From the NCBI GenBank assembly GCA_965216875.1, contig OZ244207.1, forward strand, positions 5,888,001 through 5,952,000: a stretch of 64,000 nucleotides of DNA, written 5' to 3'. The DNA comes from Rubripirellula sp. Lineage in GTDB: Bacteria; Planctomycetota; Planctomycetia; Pirellulales; Pirellulaceae. The notes beneath the pieces are model-generated. The model saw nothing but the letters and a program-made list of their open reading frames with translations, was not told where the DNA came from and made no database searches. Of this stretch, positions 9,373 through 18,434 are shown piece after piece. Both the position numbers and the translations under genes were made by a program. Position 1 is the stretch's first letter; every line of letters starts with the position of its first letter.

Positions 9373-10158
9373 GTGAAATACACGTACGAAGAACTGGCAA
9401 ACATGATCGACCACTCGCTGCTGCATCCGACGATGACAGACGCCGATCTTGAAGCGGGTTGCAAACTTGCGGCTCAGTACGATGTCGCCTCGGTCTGCAT
9501 CAAACCCTACGCTGTCAAACAGGCCGTCAAGTGGCTTGCCGGAAGCAGTGTGAAAGTGGGCGCAGTGATTGGCTTTCCGCACGGAAACTCGTGCACGGAA
9601 TCGAAGCGGTATGAAACTGAATTGGCCTGCCGTGATGGCGCAGTCGAAATCGACATGGTGATCAATATTGGCAAAGCGCTCGGCGGCGATTGGGCCTATG
9701 TTGAACAGGACGTCGCAGCGGTGGTCACCGAGGCTCACAAACACGGCGCGAAAGTCAAAGTCATCTTTGAAAACGACTATTTGACCGAAGGCGGCGCGGG
9801 GCTTTCGAGTGACGACTTCAAGCGTCGCCTGTGCGAGATCTGTGAGCGCGCCGGCGTCGATTGGGTGAAGACCTCGTCAGGTTACGGGTTCGTCAAACAA
9901 GCTGACGGAAGCTACTCGTACAAAGGCGCAACGGAACACGATCTGAAACTGATGCGAGCCAGTTGCAGCGAAAAGGTTCAAGTCAAAGCGGCTGGCGGAG
10001 TGCGGGATCTTGACGGACTGATCCACGTCCGCGATCTGGGCGGATCGCGGTGCGGCGCGACAGCGACCGCAGCAATGCTCGATGAATATCGCAAGCGGGA
10101 ATCGGCTGGCGATGATTCCAACGAAGCCGCCGGTCAGATCGGCCAAGGGGGTTACTGA
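9373..10158 (+). CDS. deoC: Deoxyribose-phosphate aldolase
   Basis: IDHSLL; VIGFPHG; EIDMVINIG; VKVIFE; VKTSSG (Schiff-base Lys); VKAAGGVR. Confidence 0.9.
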   Translation: MKYTYEELANMIDHSLLHPTMTDADLEAGCKLAAQYDVASVCIKPYAVKQAVKWLAGSSVKVGAVIGFPHGNSCTESKRYETELACRDGAVEIDMVINIGKALGGDWAYVEQDVAAVVTEAHKHGAKVKVIFENDYLTEGGAGLSSDDFKRRLCEICERAGVDWVKTSSGYGFVKQADGSYSYKGATEHDLKLMRASCSEKVQVKAAGGVRDLDGLIHVRDLGGSRCGATATAAMLDEYRKRESAGDDSNEAAGQIGQGGY

Positions 10159-10254
10159 GCGCCGAGCTTTTCTCACGCTCCAGTCCCAACCCAGAGTTCA
10201 GGTCGTAAACCATCGTGTTCACAGACTTGTGGGCTCGAAAGCTTCAGCACGGTT

Positions 10255-10345
10255 GTTGGGCCGAAGGTCCTGGCATTTGCCTAGCCGAGTCCGTAGGACT
10301 GGGTTGTCAATCTCAACGATGACCGAGGGCCGAAGGCCCGACCAT
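10255..10345. repeat. Degenerate palindromic REP-like element
   Basis: GGGCCGAAGGTCC and GAGGGCCGAAGGCCCG hairpins about 70 bp apart. Confidence 0.5.
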
Positions 10346-10456
10346 TTGTCTGCTGGCAATTCGTTGTCACGGCATCTTGCCTAAAATGGGCCGGTCGTTG
10401 ACGTGATGGCTGCCTCCAACACCAGCCATCGGGCTACGCGAAAAGGAAAATCAAGC

Positions 10457-10722
10457 ATGCCACCCCTGATGCGTTTAAACGTTGTTGCGCTATTCGCGAT
10501 GGCTACCTTGTTGCAATTTTCGAATGCCGATGATGGCATCGTTGCGGCAAGATCAACTTAACACTCGCCGACGGCAAGGAACGCACATTCACGGCCGATG
10601 AAATCGAAGACTACTGGGCATCGCCCAATTCATTGATGCCCAGTGGTCTCGAGTCAACAATGACGACCGAAGAGTTCCGTGACCTGTTAGCCTTTCTACA
10701 GTCAAACACCGGCGTTGAATAA
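10457..10722 (+). pseudogene. Internally deleted gene: signal peptide joined out of frame to the C-terminus of a PVC-type putative heme-binding domain protein
   Basis: AAGGA SD, then MPPLMRLNVVALFAMATLLQFSNADDG...stop. A second frame reads GKINLTLADGKERTFTADEIEDYWASPNSLMPSGLESTMTTEEFRDLLAFLQS*, comparable to VMPDGLL...DLIAFL in the 59833 protein. Confidence 0.7.
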
Positions 10723-10921
10723 AACTCTGCAACGATGACGCTTACGCCGCTGGCGGCCGAGTGATCGCTGTCTTTCCAAGTATGAATTGGGTGTTCGCAG
10801 CATCGATGAGAGCCGTTTGCAGAGCGGATCCGAAATGGCCAGCAAGAACGATGACTTGCCGTGCGTCTACTCTTCTGACGGCTCAACGCTTTCCCCTTTC
10901 TACACTCCCAGAGGATTGATC

Positions 10922-11131
10922 ATGTCATCCGCCGATACCCAAACATGGCCCGAACTCGCCATCGGTCTTTACGACAAGCTTACCGGTCGCAACGCGGAAA
11001 TCAGCTATGCGTTTGACGATTTTCAAGTCAACATTCCCAGCTCAACATCCAACCAAGCCGAACAGGCGACTTGGCGGATGAACGGAACGTTGCGAATTTC
11101 GACGCGTAACGCCGAAAACCAAAATGATTGA
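10922..11131 (+). CDS. Small hypothetical protein (69 aa)
   Basis: GAGGA SD before ATG 10922; TWPELAIGLYDKLTGRNAEISY...WRMNGTLRIST; overlaps the next start. Confidence 0.7.
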   Translation: MSSADTQTWPELAIGLYDKLTGRNAEISYAFDDFQVNIPSSTSNQAEQATWRMNGTLRISTRNAENQND

Positions 11132-11438
11132 TCAAAAAGCGATCTTCATCGTTGCGGATTTGGATTGCATGCTTAACAACAAGCCGGTTCGAATCCGCAA
11201 CAACGGTGATGATCAAATCAGCATCGAATTCTCTGACTTCCGATCGCTGCTGGTTGCGTGGCGAATCATGAGGCCCGCGGGTCGAGACAAGTCCATGAGT
11301 CTATTGAGTGTTCTGGATCAGATGGTGGACGTGAAAGTCCGTGGCCGGACGCTTTGCCAATTCAACGCACCACCAAATTGGCTTGCTCGATTGTTGCGAC
11401 TATCGAAAGCGCGCGTTCATCTTTTTGCTCACACTTGA
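11124..11438 (+). CDS. Hypothetical protein (104 aa)
   Basis: ORF overlapping the stop of the upstream small gene, suggesting translational coupling. Confidence 0.6.
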   Translation: MIDQKAIFIVADLDCMLNNKPVRIRNNGDDQISIEFSDFRSLLVAWRIMRPAGRDKSMSLLSVLDQMVDVKVRGRTLCQFNAPPNWLARLLRLSKARVHLFAHT

Positions 11439-11450
11439 TCACTCACTGTC

Positions 11451-11490
11451 GTAGGCCGCATCAGGGAGCGACAGCGACACAGATCCGGCA
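11451..11490. repeat. Single GTAG-REP-like element
   Basis: GTAGGCCGCATCAGGGAGCGACAGCGACACAGATCCGGCA is a near-copy of 29681-29720 and lies between convergent genes. Confidence 0.65.
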
Positions 11491-11584
11491 CAGTGGAAGG
11501 ATCCGTCACAAGCCGCAAGGCGATCATTCACGACTATCCCAGTCCAGCACACGGGGTAATGCCGCGTGTTGCCTCTCGTCACCT

Positions 11585-13081
11585 TCAATCGCTTCGTCGT
11601 TCTGCGACTCTTTTTATCCCATTGATCATTCGGGGAAAGACGAAAAAGTGGAGCGGAAGTACGGCGTACCAATAAAGCAAGCCAAGCAAGCCGCGCGGAC
11701 GAAACCGAGCTGTCTGGGTCACTCTTGATCGCGATGGTCCACAGTCTTCCACGACGAACTCAAGTTCCGCTTCACCTGGGAGTTTCATTTCAGCGTGCAA
11801 GCGGAGCAACTGATTCGGCTCGTATCCGTTGACCCGCCAGAAGTCGATGACTTCGCCGTAGGAAACATTTTCGGGGTCACGTCGACCACGCCTGAGTCCG
11901 GGACCACCAATGACTTTGTCCATCAACCCGCGCAGCCACCAAAGCCAATCGGCTCCCCAGTAACCGTGTTTGCCGCCGATCCGACAAAGTGCGTTGAATG
12001 TAGCCTCGGCGCTTGCATCAACATCTCGGCTGCGTTCGTCTTGAAAAACGGTTCCGCCCGACCACTGTGGATCGCCCGGCATTTCACCTGCGGTCGACCA
12101 ACGCGTTTCAACATCACCGCTCTGCAAGCGACCGAGCGCCGCGTCGATCGCTTCTTCGACGGTAAACAGCGGACCGGGCATCAATTCCTGCGCCATGTTG
12201 TCCCGGCACACCGTCCGGTTTCGCAATCCTTCGGCCAGCGGGCGGGCGATACTCGAGTTCACCGGCGTGACGAGCGAGATCCAGAGCGAACTGAGCCGAG
12301 GCGTGAGAACAGGTACGGGAACGATCAACCGCCGCGGCAGCCCGATCGACTTTGCCATCTGTACCATCAACGCCTGGTACGTCTTCACTTCTGCGCCGCC
12401 AATGTCGATTACCTTTCCAGCTGTTTGCTCAACCTCGAGACACTGAACCATGTATCGCAGAACGTCTCGAATCGCGATGGGCTGAGTCTCGGTTTTGACC
12501 CACTTGGGTGTGATCATGATTGGCAAACGCTCAACCAAGTACCTTAGGATCTCGAACGAGGCTGAACCCGAACCGATGATCATCGCAGCACGAAAAACAG
12601 TCGACGGGATTTCGCTTTGCTGCAAGATCTCTGCCACCTCACGTCGACTGCGAAGGTGAGCGCTCAGGTTTGGACCAAGTTCGCCCAGACCGCCAAGGTA
12701 GATGATTCGCTTGCATGAACAGTCTTTAGCGGCCGCAAGAAAATTCGACGCGAGTTCGCGATCACGATCGGCGTAGTCGGAACCGGCGCTGATCATCGCG
12801 TGAACGAGATAGTAAACGACGTCAATGTTTTCAACAGCGCGGCGAATCGAATCGACATCACCCAAATCGCCTGAAACGACTTCAAGCCTTTCATTCTCGC
12901 ACCAGGGAAAGGCTTTCGTCTTTTCGGGGCTGCGAACCATGCAGCGTACGAGATGCCCCTCATCCAAAAGCCGGGGTACCAGTCGCCCGCCGACATATCC
13001 AGTCGCGCCGCAAACGAGAATTCGACGCGAGCCTCCCGCCAGTCCCTCATCAATCGTTGATCGGCCCAGTGCGTCGGTCAC
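11585..13081 (-). CDS. NAD(P)-binding SDR-like oxidoreductase with C-terminal DUF2867 (YbjT-like)
   Basis: GATGYVGG Rossmann motif; YYLVH; IIGSGSASFE; C-terminal LRLHAEMKLPGEAEL, FRPRGLLGLLYWY. Confidence 0.88.
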   Translation of the reverse strand: MTDALGRSTIDEGLAGGSRRILVCGATGYVGGRLVPRLLDEGHLVRCMVRSPEKTKAFPWCENERLEVVSGDLGDVDSIRRAVENIDVVYYLVHAMISAGSDYADRDRELASNFLAAAKDCSCKRIIYLGGLGELGPNLSAHLRSRREVAEILQQSEIPSTVFRAAMIIGSGSASFEILRYLVERLPIMITPKWVKTETQPIAIRDVLRYMVQCLEVEQTAGKVIDIGGAEVKTYQALMVQMAKSIGLPRRLIVPVPVLTPRLSSLWISLVTPVNSSIARPLAEGLRNRTVCRDNMAQELMPGPLFTVEEAIDAALGRLQSGDVETRWSTAGEMPGDPQWSGGTVFQDERSRDVDASAEATFNALCRIGGKHGYWGADWLWWLRGLMDKVIGGPGLRRGRRDPENVSYGEVIDFWRVNGYEPNQLLRLHAEMKLPGEAELEFVVEDCGPSRSRVTQTARFRPRGLLGLLYWYAVLPLHFFVFPRMINGIKRVAERRSD

Positions 13082-13152
13082 AATTTCTCCAATGAAACTC
13101 TGCGATGTTACCGGTCAGTGTAGATGTTTGCACAGACCAGCAAGGCAAAAGT

Positions 13153-13660
13153 CGCTCGTATTCCGGAGGCTCACGCCACCGGCATGAAATATGTCGGCCT
13201 CCGGCCTAAAGCGCTAAACACATCCCGCCTAGCCCGGAGGGCGACACAAGAACTGACGGGGTCGTTAGACCCCGGTGATGAAAACGAAAACTGACCAAGC
13301 CCGAAGGGCGACACAATTCCAATGTATCGCCCTCCGGGCTGAGATTTGCTTCGCTCGTTTTCCGGTGGCTCACGCCACCGGCAAGGAATATGTCGGCCTT
13401 CGGCCTAAGCAGTATTGGACTGAGCGCTAAACGCGTCCGCTTAGCCCGGAGGGCGGAACAAGAATTGCCGGGGTCGTAAGACCCCGGTGATGAAAACGAG
13501 AAGTGTCCAAGCCCGGAGGGCGACACAAGTCCAATGTATCGCCCTCCGGGCTGAGATTCGCTTCGCTCGTTTTCCGGTGGCTCACGCCACCGGCATGAAA
13601 TATGTCGGCCTCCGGCCTAAGCGCAAAACGCGTCCCGCCTAGCCCGGAGGGCGACACAAG
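13153..13660. repeat. Tandem array of ~2.5 palindromic units (period ~199-212 bp)
   Basis: CGCTCGT(A/T)TTCCGG(A/T)GGCTCACGCCACCGGCA at 13153, 13352 and 13564. Repeated AGCCCG(G/A)AGGGCGACACA with inverted TGTATCGCCCTCCGGGCT. Confidence 0.9.
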
Positions 13661-13758
13661 CCACCCTTTGACCGCTCAACGACAATTGTTCCGTACATCT
13701 TGCAGTGTGGCTAAACTGCATCTGAGTAGCGACAATTGATCGATCTTGTTGAGGAATT

Positions 13759-14847
13759 TTGGCTTTGAGCGTTTGCATTCTGGGAATCGGTACGGCTGTA
13801 CCCGAATACACGATGAGCCAGGATGAGGCGATGGAGATGTCGGCCGACCTCATCTGTCGCGACCGCCGCGAAGAGCGGTTGATGCGGGCGATCTTGAAGC
13901 GTTCGCAGGTAAAGAACCGCCACACCTGTCTGCCCTACGAGACCGCGTACCGTTGGATCGACAAAGTGTGTGACCGGGGTGCGTCGCCTGGAATCACGAC
14001 AAAAGAACGAATGGCGATCTACGCTGACCACGCCGGTCCGCTGTCTGTCGCATCGGCGACTCAGGCACTTTCCGTGTCACAAGTGGACGCCGACGAAATC
14101 ACCCATCTAGTCACAGTCACTTGCACAGGTTTTGAAGCTCCCGGTGTCGATATTCACTTGATCGAATCACTCGGTCTTCCCCGCAACACTCAGCGTATCC
14201 AAGTCGGATACATGGGTTGCCACGGAGCAATCAACGCAATGCGCGTCGCGGACGCGATCGGTCGCTCGGATCCTTCAAGCAAAACGTTGGTTTGTGCGAC
14301 TGAGTTATGTAGTCTGCATTATCGCACGCAGTGGGACGATGAGCGGATGCTTGGAAACGCACTCTTTGCGGACGGATCGGCTGCATTTGTCAGCGGCCAA
14401 GCCAAACCGGAGCAACTTCCGGTCGCTTCCATCAAGTCGACGGCATCCTACCTTGCGCCCGATTCCAGAGAGTTGATGTCTTGGACAATTTCCAACCACG
14501 GGTTCGAGATGACGTTGTCGAACCTTGTCCCCGATGCCATCCAACAGACCCTTCGACCGTGGCTCAATGGCTGGCTCGATTCCCAAGGACTCACGCTGAA
14601 TGGCATTGGCTCATGGGCGGTTCATCCGGGAGGCCCACGCATCCTACGTGCGGTTGAAGAATCGCTTCAATTGCAGCCAGATGCCTTGGATGTTTCTCGG
14701 GGAGTTTTGCGTGAATACGGAAACATGTCTTCGCCGACCGTCTTGTTCGTTCTCGATCGGCTAACAACACAAGCGGCAGCGAAACCTTGCGTCGCCTTGT
14801 CGTTCGGCCCAGGCTTGATGATCGAAGCCGCCTTGCTTGACGGTTGA
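13759..14847 (+). CDS. Type III polyketide synthase (chalcone-synthase-like)
   Basis: Catalytic triad motifs YMGCHG (Cys), AVHPGG (His), GNMSS (Asn); ELCSLH; LFADG; FGPG. Confidence 0.93.
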   Translation: MALSVCILGIGTAVPEYTMSQDEAMEMSADLICRDRREERLMRAILKRSQVKNRHTCLPYETAYRWIDKVCDRGASPGITTKERMAIYADHAGPLSVASATQALSVSQVDADEITHLVTVTCTGFEAPGVDIHLIESLGLPRNTQRIQVGYMGCHGAINAMRVADAIGRSDPSSKTLVCATELCSLHYRTQWDDERMLGNALFADGSAAFVSGQAKPEQLPVASIKSTASYLAPDSRELMSWTISNHGFEMTLSNLVPDAIQQTLRPWLNGWLDSQGLTLNGIGSWAVHPGGPRILRAVEESLQLQPDALDVSRGVLREYGNMSSPTVLFVLDRLTTQAAAKPCVALSFGPGLMIEAALLDG

Positions 14848-14871
14848 GAGCAAGCTCGAGGGTTGCGACCA

Positions 14872-16056
14872 CTAGCGAGTGAAAGGACGGTTGAGTGATT
14901 TGACCAAGGGTCGCGCCAACATTGGGAAATAGGAAAGTCCCCAAGCAGCCGAACGCACCAAGCGAGGGTATCGCAGCAGTCGACTCACGACACGACACTT
15001 GCTCATGCGACCTCCCAACAACCGCTTCCTTTCCATAGCCCACTGCGGGCCGGTGTGAACCGTCCCTGCGTCGAGCGACTTCAGCGCAAGCGGCGCAACG
15101 GCTATCCCTGACGCCAAAGCCCAAGCCATTCCTTCTCCGGTAAAAGGCTCGACGTACCCGGCAGCGTCTCCAACGACAAAAAACCGATCGCCGAAGACCA
15201 TCGGCCTCGTTTGCGAGAGCTTCGCCGTTCCGCGCCAGTGAGCCGATTCAACCAGTTCGTGCATCGGGAGCCCTGCCGATTGGGTAATCCGGCTTGTCAA
15301 ACTTCCGATGCCGCCAGCTTGCTTCACTTCGTCAGCGTCCAACGCAGCCGCCATATCGAGGCGTCCATCCTCAAGCCGAACGAAACCGACATAGCCACTC
15401 GGATCGCACGCCATGTAAATCGTATGGGGCGCGTATCCTTCGAACGCGTGATCCAGAATCGCACCAGCACCAATCCTTGAACCGGGATCTGTTGCCCGTG
15501 GGTCGTCGACTTGGTCGCTAAACATTCGCCGCCCAAGCCCCGCAGCAACAATCACGATCCGAGCGTTTGCTTGTTCTTGCACCGACGACTGTTTCAGTCG
15601 CACGGTGCATGAACGCTCATCGCTTTGGCTGATGCTCGCTCGGGTGTCAACCAACAACGCTGCTCCCGCTCGAACCGCGGCGTTGGTCAATTCCAGATCC
15701 AAGCGTTCCCTCGACAGCGACACACCTCCATCGAGCACGATCGGAACGTGCCTCCGTCCGCTCGCCAATACGAATCGCTCCAAGCGCGGCGCACGACATT
15801 GGGCAGCCAAGTCTCCGAGGCCAATTCGATCGAGTTCTTGAAGTGCAGCACCGTTGAGACAACAACCACACACCTTTCCGCGCGGCAGTTGGTGCTCGTT
15901 GACCAACAGCACTCGCGCACCCGCCAAAGCACATTGCCTAGCAGCGATCGCACCCGAAGGTCCAGCGCCAATGACCAACACATCCCACTCACTCTGGGTC
16001 GCCTCGGTCATCGTGATCGTTTCTGGCTGCGGCATGCTCGATCCCGAAAATGCCAT
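14872..16056 (-). CDS. FAD-dependent oxidoreductase (geranylgeranyl-reductase/halogenase-like fold)
   Basis: DVLVIGAGPSG; RGKVCGCCL; VGDAAGYVEPFTGEGMAWAL. Start uncertain (16035-16077). Confidence 0.88.
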   Translation of the reverse strand: MAFSGSSMPQPETITMTEATQSEWDVLVIGAGPSGAIAARQCALAGARVLLVNEHQLPRGKVCGCCLNGAALQELDRIGLGDLAAQCRAPRLERFVLASGRRHVPIVLDGGVSLSRERLDLELTNAAVRAGAALLVDTRASISQSDERSCTVRLKQSSVQEQANARIVIVAAGLGRRMFSDQVDDPRATDPGSRIGAGAILDHAFEGYAPHTIYMACDPSGYVGFVRLEDGRLDMAAALDADEVKQAGGIGSLTSRITQSAGLPMHELVESAHWRGTAKLSQTRPMVFGDRFFVVGDAAGYVEPFTGEGMAWALASGIAVAPLALKSLDAGTVHTGPQWAMERKRLLGGRMSKCRVVSRLLRYPRLVRSAAWGLSYFPMLARPLVKSLNRPFTR

Positions 16057-16181
16057 TTCGTCTTTCACCCTGTCCACGCGAACCCGATCGGCCGCCTTGT
16101 CGGGTCCAATCTAAACTACACTACAAGTCCCCGCGCATCATCGCGATTGCCACGTCAATATCGAAATGCCAAAGCCCCACC

Positions 16182-17531
16182 ATGAAGACACTCACGATTC
16201 TCACTTTCATCGGGTTGTGCCTGGTCCTCCACCCGTCCAACGCCGATGTCGGCGCCGCTGAAACGCCTTCCAAACCCAACATTGTCCTGATCTTTGTTGA
16301 CGACTTGGGGTATGGCGACCTCGGCTGTTACGGGCAACAGCAGATCAAGACTCCCAACATCGACCAACTTGCTCGCGATGGCCAACGATGGACCAGTTTT
16401 TACGCTGCGGGAAACTTTTGCGTCCCCAGTCGCAAGGGATTGATGAGCGGTCGGCACCCCGCGCTTCTGAAGCGTCAACCTTTAGCGAGCGATCGCGATG
16501 CTCTGCTTCCGGCGATGCTGAAACGAAATGGGTACGCAACCGCCATCCTTGGTAAGTGGCACTTGGCTGGCTACCCAAAAGATTTCACCCAGTCGCCAAT
16601 GCACCCGCTTGAGTGTGGATTCGATGATCACTTTGGCACACCCGGTAGTAACGATGCGCCTGGTCCACCTCTCCAAACGCGCGAAGCATTCGACAAGGCG
16701 ACTCCATCGACGTGGAAGATCCCACTCATTCGCGGTCGTGAAGTGGTCGAAGTTCCTGCAAAACAAGACTTGTTCACCAAACGCTATACCGAAGAAGCAG
16801 TTCGCTGGATTGCGCGAAAGAAGGACCAGCCGTTCTTTCTCTACTTGGCGCACAACATGCCTCATGCCCCCGTCTTCGCGTCGGATTCATTCCAAGGACG
16901 CAGCCAAGGCGGACGCTTCGGCGACGTTGTGGAAGAAATCGACTGGTCCGTCGGCACAGTACGTCAAGCGATTCGAGATGCTGGAATTGAGGAACAGACC
17001 TTAATCATCTTTACCAGCGACAATGGTCCTTGGACCGTGTTTGGTCCGCATGGCGGAACCGCTCATCCGCTCCGCGGCGAAAAAAGCACCACATGGGAAG
17101 GCGGCAGCCGAGTGCCGGCGATCTTCGCGTGGCCCGGCACGATTCAGCCGTCGGTGGTTGATGGGATTGGTGTGAACCTCGACCTTTACGCCACGTTTGC
17201 AGCGTTGATCGGCGACGACGACCTGCCAACGAACAAGCCTGGTTGGATGTCGACCGACCTGAGCGGGACGCTCCTGTCCGGCCAGCCCAGTGCGCGCAAA
17301 TCGTGGTACTACGGGCCCGCTGCATACCGATCTGGAAAATACAAAATCATCCGTCGAACCAATCCACCGACCGATCCCATCACTCGAAAGAAACGCAAGG
17401 GAACGTTTCACGACCCGCCGTTGTTGTTTGATCTTGAATCCGACATCGGCGAACAAAACAATCTCGCCGAGCAACATCCCGACGTCGTCAAACGACTGAC
17501 CGACGATGCCGACGCAATCGCAAATCGGTAA
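16182..17531 (+). CDS. Sulfatase (formylglycine-dependent), secreted
   Basis: Signal peptide; PNIVLIFVDDLGYGD; CVPSR; GKWHL; FTSDNG. Confidence 0.93.
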   Translation: MKTLTILTFIGLCLVLHPSNADVGAAETPSKPNIVLIFVDDLGYGDLGCYGQQQIKTPNIDQLARDGQRWTSFYAAGNFCVPSRKGLMSGRHPALLKRQPLASDRDALLPAMLKRNGYATAILGKWHLAGYPKDFTQSPMHPLECGFDDHFGTPGSNDAPGPPLQTREAFDKATPSTWKIPLIRGREVVEVPAKQDLFTKRYTEEAVRWIARKKDQPFFLYLAHNMPHAPVFASDSFQGRSQGGRFGDVVEEIDWSVGTVRQAIRDAGIEEQTLIIFTSDNGPWTVFGPHGGTAHPLRGEKSTTWEGGSRVPAIFAWPGTIQPSVVDGIGVNLDLYATFAALIGDDDLPTNKPGWMSTDLSGTLLSGQPSARKSWYYGPAAYRSGKYKIIRRTNPPTDPITRKKRKGTFHDPPLLFDLESDIGEQNNLAEQHPDVVKRLTDDADAIANR

Positions 17532-17681
17532 GCATCAATCTCATTCTTGCCCCCTTCCTTTCCCATTCCTTTCCAGAGGGTGCCCGTAGCGACCGCATGC
17601 CCACCCAACCAGACTCGAGCCCTCATACAACTGCAATGACAATGTACATTTGCAATAGAAAACACCGAGGGTCTTTGTTCG

Positions 17682-18410
17682 ATGCTTTCGCACAAAGCGC
17701 ACAGCACCAAAACGGTCGCTCATCAAAAGTCATTCCATCGTGTTCGTGTGATCCCCCCGTCGCACTCGCCGGCAGCGGAATACGAAGCGCTTCGTGAAGA
17801 ACTTCTCGTTGGAAAGAAGTATGTCTTTGAAAGGCCACTCTTGATCATCACGATCAGTGTTGCAGCTGCAAACTTCACCAACGAAGCTCACTTGGCTTAT
17901 CTTCCACCGATCGTCATCGGACTGATGGTTTTCAATCTTTGGTTCACCGTAAACCGAATGCACAGCATTGCGCGTATCGTCGCCTACGTGCAAATCGAGC
18001 TTGAAGAGAGGAAATGGGAGCCGTGGCTGGGTTGGGAAACGTGCCTTAGACACTTTCGACTCTGGATCAACCGCAATCATTCGACGCGCCACAGCCTTAT
18101 GAAGGCTCGATTTGACAACAACGCCGTCCCCGACGCGATTGGCTACTACCCGATGATCTTCTACATGCACATTGCCGTGGTTGCGTTACTCTTTCTCGTC
18201 AGCGTCCGCAGTGTTTTCGCTGATTCGAGTTTTGCCAACATCGCACTCTTGCTCGTCACCTTTGCAATCTCGGTCGTTTTCACCTACACGGCTTGCCGAT
18301 GGCGTCCCCGAAGTTGCAAGAATCTGATCGAGCAAAACCGAGTTTGCTGGGAATACGTTTTCGAAGGACTCGAGCGTGATGGGATTCGAAAATCACGACA
18401 AATCAGATAA
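17682..18410 (+). CDS. Hypothetical membrane protein (about 4 TM)
   Basis: 242-aa ORF with EYEALREEL followed by hydrophobic pairs. Start uncertain. Confidence 0.65.
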   Translation: MLSHKAHSTKTVAHQKSFHRVRVIPPSHSPAAEYEALREELLVGKKYVFERPLLIITISVAAANFTNEAHLAYLPPIVIGLMVFNLWFTVNRMHSIARIVAYVQIELEERKWEPWLGWETCLRHFRLWINRNHSTRHSLMKARFDNNAVPDAIGYYPMIFYMHIAVVALLFLVSVRSVFADSSFANIALLLVTFAISVVFTYTACRWRPRSCKNLIEQNRVCWEYVFEGLERDGIRKSRQIR

Positions 18411-18434
18411 CCAACACGAATGCGCACGGCCGCC

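Noticed and set aside
13206..13657. ORFs 13206-13526 and 13427-13657
   Set aside because: These are read-throughs of the palindromic tandem repeat.
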